Of a DNA stretch of 64,000 nt, positions 62,004-64,000 are shown piece by piece (position 1 is the first letter of the stretch; every line of letters starts with the position of its first letter). Source of the DNA: Candidatus Bathyarchaeia archaeon (GTDB lineage Archaea > Thermoproteota > Bathyarchaeia > TCS64). The stretch covers positions 25,587 through 89,586 of the forward strand of contig JBEKDF010000008.1 in the NCBI GenBank assembly GCA_050014495.1, read 5' to 3'. The translations under genes were made by a program, and so were the position numbers. The notes under the pieces were generated by a model. That model made no database searches. It was not told the DNA's origin and was given only the letters and a program-made list of their open reading frames with translations.

Positions 62004-62082
62004 TGGTGCTCCCGCCGGGATTTGAACCCGGGATCTCGGACTCGAGAGGCCCATATCCTTGACCGGACTAGACGACAGGAGC
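62004..62082 (-). tRNA. tRNA-Glu (anticodon CTC), CCA encoded, no intron
   Basis: GCTCCTG/CGGGAGC acceptor stem, TGGGC-CTCTCGA-GTCCG, CCGGG-TTCAAAT-CCCGG, ACCA. Confidence 0.97.
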
Positions 62083-62107
62083 GCGCCAAATAGTCTAACT
62101 GGACCCC

Positions 62108-62116
62108 AATAAAAAC
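62108..62116 (-). promoter_or_regulatory. TATA box of tRNA-Glu
   Basis: GTTTTTATT 26-34 bp upstream of the tRNA 5' end. Confidence 0.6.
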
Positions 62117-62258
62117 GTTAACCCATTAAAAATTAAAGATCTAGGTGCTGTTCACATGCGTGCTTTCTGCTCCTTCCCCTCTCTCTAACACTATTATATA
62201 AAAAAAGCAAGCGAATTATGAAAAAATAAAGTCTGCCAAGCTATTATCGCGCGCGCAT

Positions 62259-62520
62259 ATGGACACCAAAATCACATACTTAATTGGTGTGATAGTAGGC
62301 GCTGGAATTGGGTTTCTTGTAATGAACTATCAGGTGACCGATTTAAGGGGGAAGCTATCTGATTCCCAAATGCAATATGTAACCCTACTATAACTACTGG
62401 GCCCTAAAAGGACAAACTATTACTAACTTTACTCTCTACAACATCAATACAACCAATGGTAGCTACAGTACAACGTTCACTGGCTCACTTAACGACATAA
62501 TTGCCTTCTTTGCTAGCTGA
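62259..62520 (+). pseudogene. Frameshifted small membrane-anchored protein
   Basis: MDTKITYLIGVIVGAGIGFLV... stops at 62393; another frame continues YNYWALKGQTITNFTLYNINTTNGSY...FFAS*. Confidence 0.4.
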
Positions 62521-62667
62521 TCAATTATAAATAGCATATACTATCATAAAAGTGGAATTGGGATATTTAAAAAATATATAGGATTAAAAGAAAAATATGA
62601 GACGATCTTAATAAAAGGGGATAATAATTAAGCACTAGAAAATAGACTACTCAATTATCATAATGGC

Positions 62668-63138
62668 TTAATCTTCATTAACTGAAGAAATTATTTGCTC
62701 GCAAAGATAACGATAATGTTTAGGATCAATGTCCTTCTGAACATAACCATTAGCTCCCGCGGCCCTGGCTAATTCCTCCACTTCCTCGCTACCTCGCCCC
62801 GTGTAGATGATGATCGGTACATCACTGAGCTCACGGACCCGACGGGTTAGTACTATTCCATCCATCTCCTCCATCTGGTAGTCGGAGACGACACAGTCAT
62901 AATTGTCCACTTTCAGGGCGCGAACTGCCTCCGAGGGGACGGAGACGGACTCAACCTTTATGTTCGGGTCACACTCTTCGAGGAAGAGCTTTGTGAATAT
63001 GAGTTGATTCAAGTCATCATCGACGTGAAGCACTCGGAGTTGGGTATGTCTTCGGTGGGATTGGATTCTTTGCTTCATCTTTGCCGCCCCCTTGAAATTA
63101 GTTCCAGTAGTTGCAGCATGTGGTTTGTCGCTGATCAT
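62668..63138 (-). CDS. Response regulator receiver
   Basis: VLHVDDD, VSDYQMEEMDG, IYTGRG, YVQK. Confidence 0.92.
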   Translation of the reverse strand: MISDKPHAATTGTNFKGAAKMKQRIQSHRRHTQLRVLHVDDDLNQLIFTKLFLEECDPNIKVESVSVPSEAVRALKVDNYDCVVSDYQMEEMDGIVLTRRVRELSDVPIIIYTGRGSEEVEELARAAGANGYVQKDIDPKHYRYLCEQIISSVNED

Positions 63139-64000
63139 TTCATCGACTCCGACGTATTCGATGATGTTCGATGAGGTAAACGGACCTTGAAGGTGGTGCC
63201 CTTCCCCACCTCAGACTCAACCTCTATCGTCCCACCGTGAACCTCAGCAGCCTTCTGACTGTATGCGAGACCGAGGCCGAGACCCTTTGACTTGGTCGTA
63301 TAGAAAGGTCTGAAGAGGTTAGGTAAGCGCTCCCGTGGTATCCCAACCCCAGTATCTGTTACGAGTATGGTGAAATAATTCCCATCATCCTTCGTTTCAA
63401 CGGTGAGTCGCCCGCCATTCGGCATCGCCTCGAGCGCGTTCCTCACCAGATTCTCCAGGATCCTCCTCACCTTCAGTGGATCAATCTCCACAATTTTGAG
63501 GGTGGGTTCGAGACGCATATCGACCGCCACGTTCTCATCCATAGGCGTCTGTTTGATTATATCGGTTATCATTCCGGGGAGATCCGTGGCTTCTAATTTG
63601 AGCGGTGTCTCTCTTGTTTGATGCCTGAGCTCCTCAAGCATGGCTAAGGCTCGGTCAACCGACGAATCGATGGAGTTTAGCATATCATCGGACCTTTCAG
63701 GCTGACGACGCATAAGGTAGGAAGCATTCTTTATTGATTGTAAGGGACTTCTAAGATCATGGCCAACCATACTCGCCATTCTCCCCGCAGCTGCGAACTG
63801 CTGTGCTTCGAGAAGCTCCTGAGTTCTATTCTCTACCTGCTGCTCTAGGTCAACCGTGTGTCTCTTTATCTGTTCCTGTGTCTCTTTTAGAGAAGTAACA
63901 TCCTTCTCAATGGCGAGTGACGCTGGCTTCCCCTCGAAATATATTCGTGATGCATCCACCTCAATGTCAATAGTTGAACCATCCCGTTTCAGAAGTTTAA
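63135..64000 (-). CDS. PAS-domain sensor histidine kinase (5' truncated by window)
   Basis: KRDGSTIDIEV (PAC), HDLRSPL, NLVRNALEA, DTGVGI, F.PFYTTK.KGLGLGL. Confidence 0.95.
   Translation of the reverse strand, partial: KLLKRDGSTIDIEVDASRIYFEGKPASLAIEKDVTSLKETQEQIKRHTVDLEQQVENRTQELLEAQQFAAAGRMASMVGHDLRSPLQSIKNASYLMRRQPERSDDMLNSIDSSVDRALAMLEELRHQTRETPLKLEATDLPGMITDIIKQTPMDENVAVDMRLEPTLKIVEIDPLKVRRILENLVRNALEAMPNGGRLTVETKDDGNYFTILVTDTGVGIPRERLPNLFRPFYTTKSKGLGLGLAYSQKAAEVHGGTIEVESEVGKGTTFKVRLPHRTSSNTSESMK

Overview
Archaeal DNA, TACK-like and most consistent with Bathyarchaeia (inferred from FEN1, Cdc48, CdvB/ESCRT-III, PolB2, DUF5752-like proteins and frequent TTG starts). A short core block (cdc48 end, wHTH, fen) is followed by about 60 kb of small accessory modules in mixed orientation. 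These include a PolB2 plus inactive RadA-like operon, catabolic enzymes, thiM-thiE, a zinc-ribbon operon, a glycogen cluster with a PGM-PGI fusion, an ESCRT-III pair, a decayed element next to tRNA-Glu(CTC), and a two-component pair. Two signals stand out. (1) Short alternating CG/purine-pyrimidine tracts (CGCGCG) sit at most module borders, and at the apparent breakpoints of truncated integrase, histidine-kinase and PIN fragments and of a 79-bp duplication. This suggests a possibly undescribed CG-tract-directed rearrangement process. (2) A helically phased GGTTAAC array lies directly upstream of an HTH plus long coiled-coil gene, a candidate centromere/iteron system. All family calls come from motif recognition by eye; no database searches were run.
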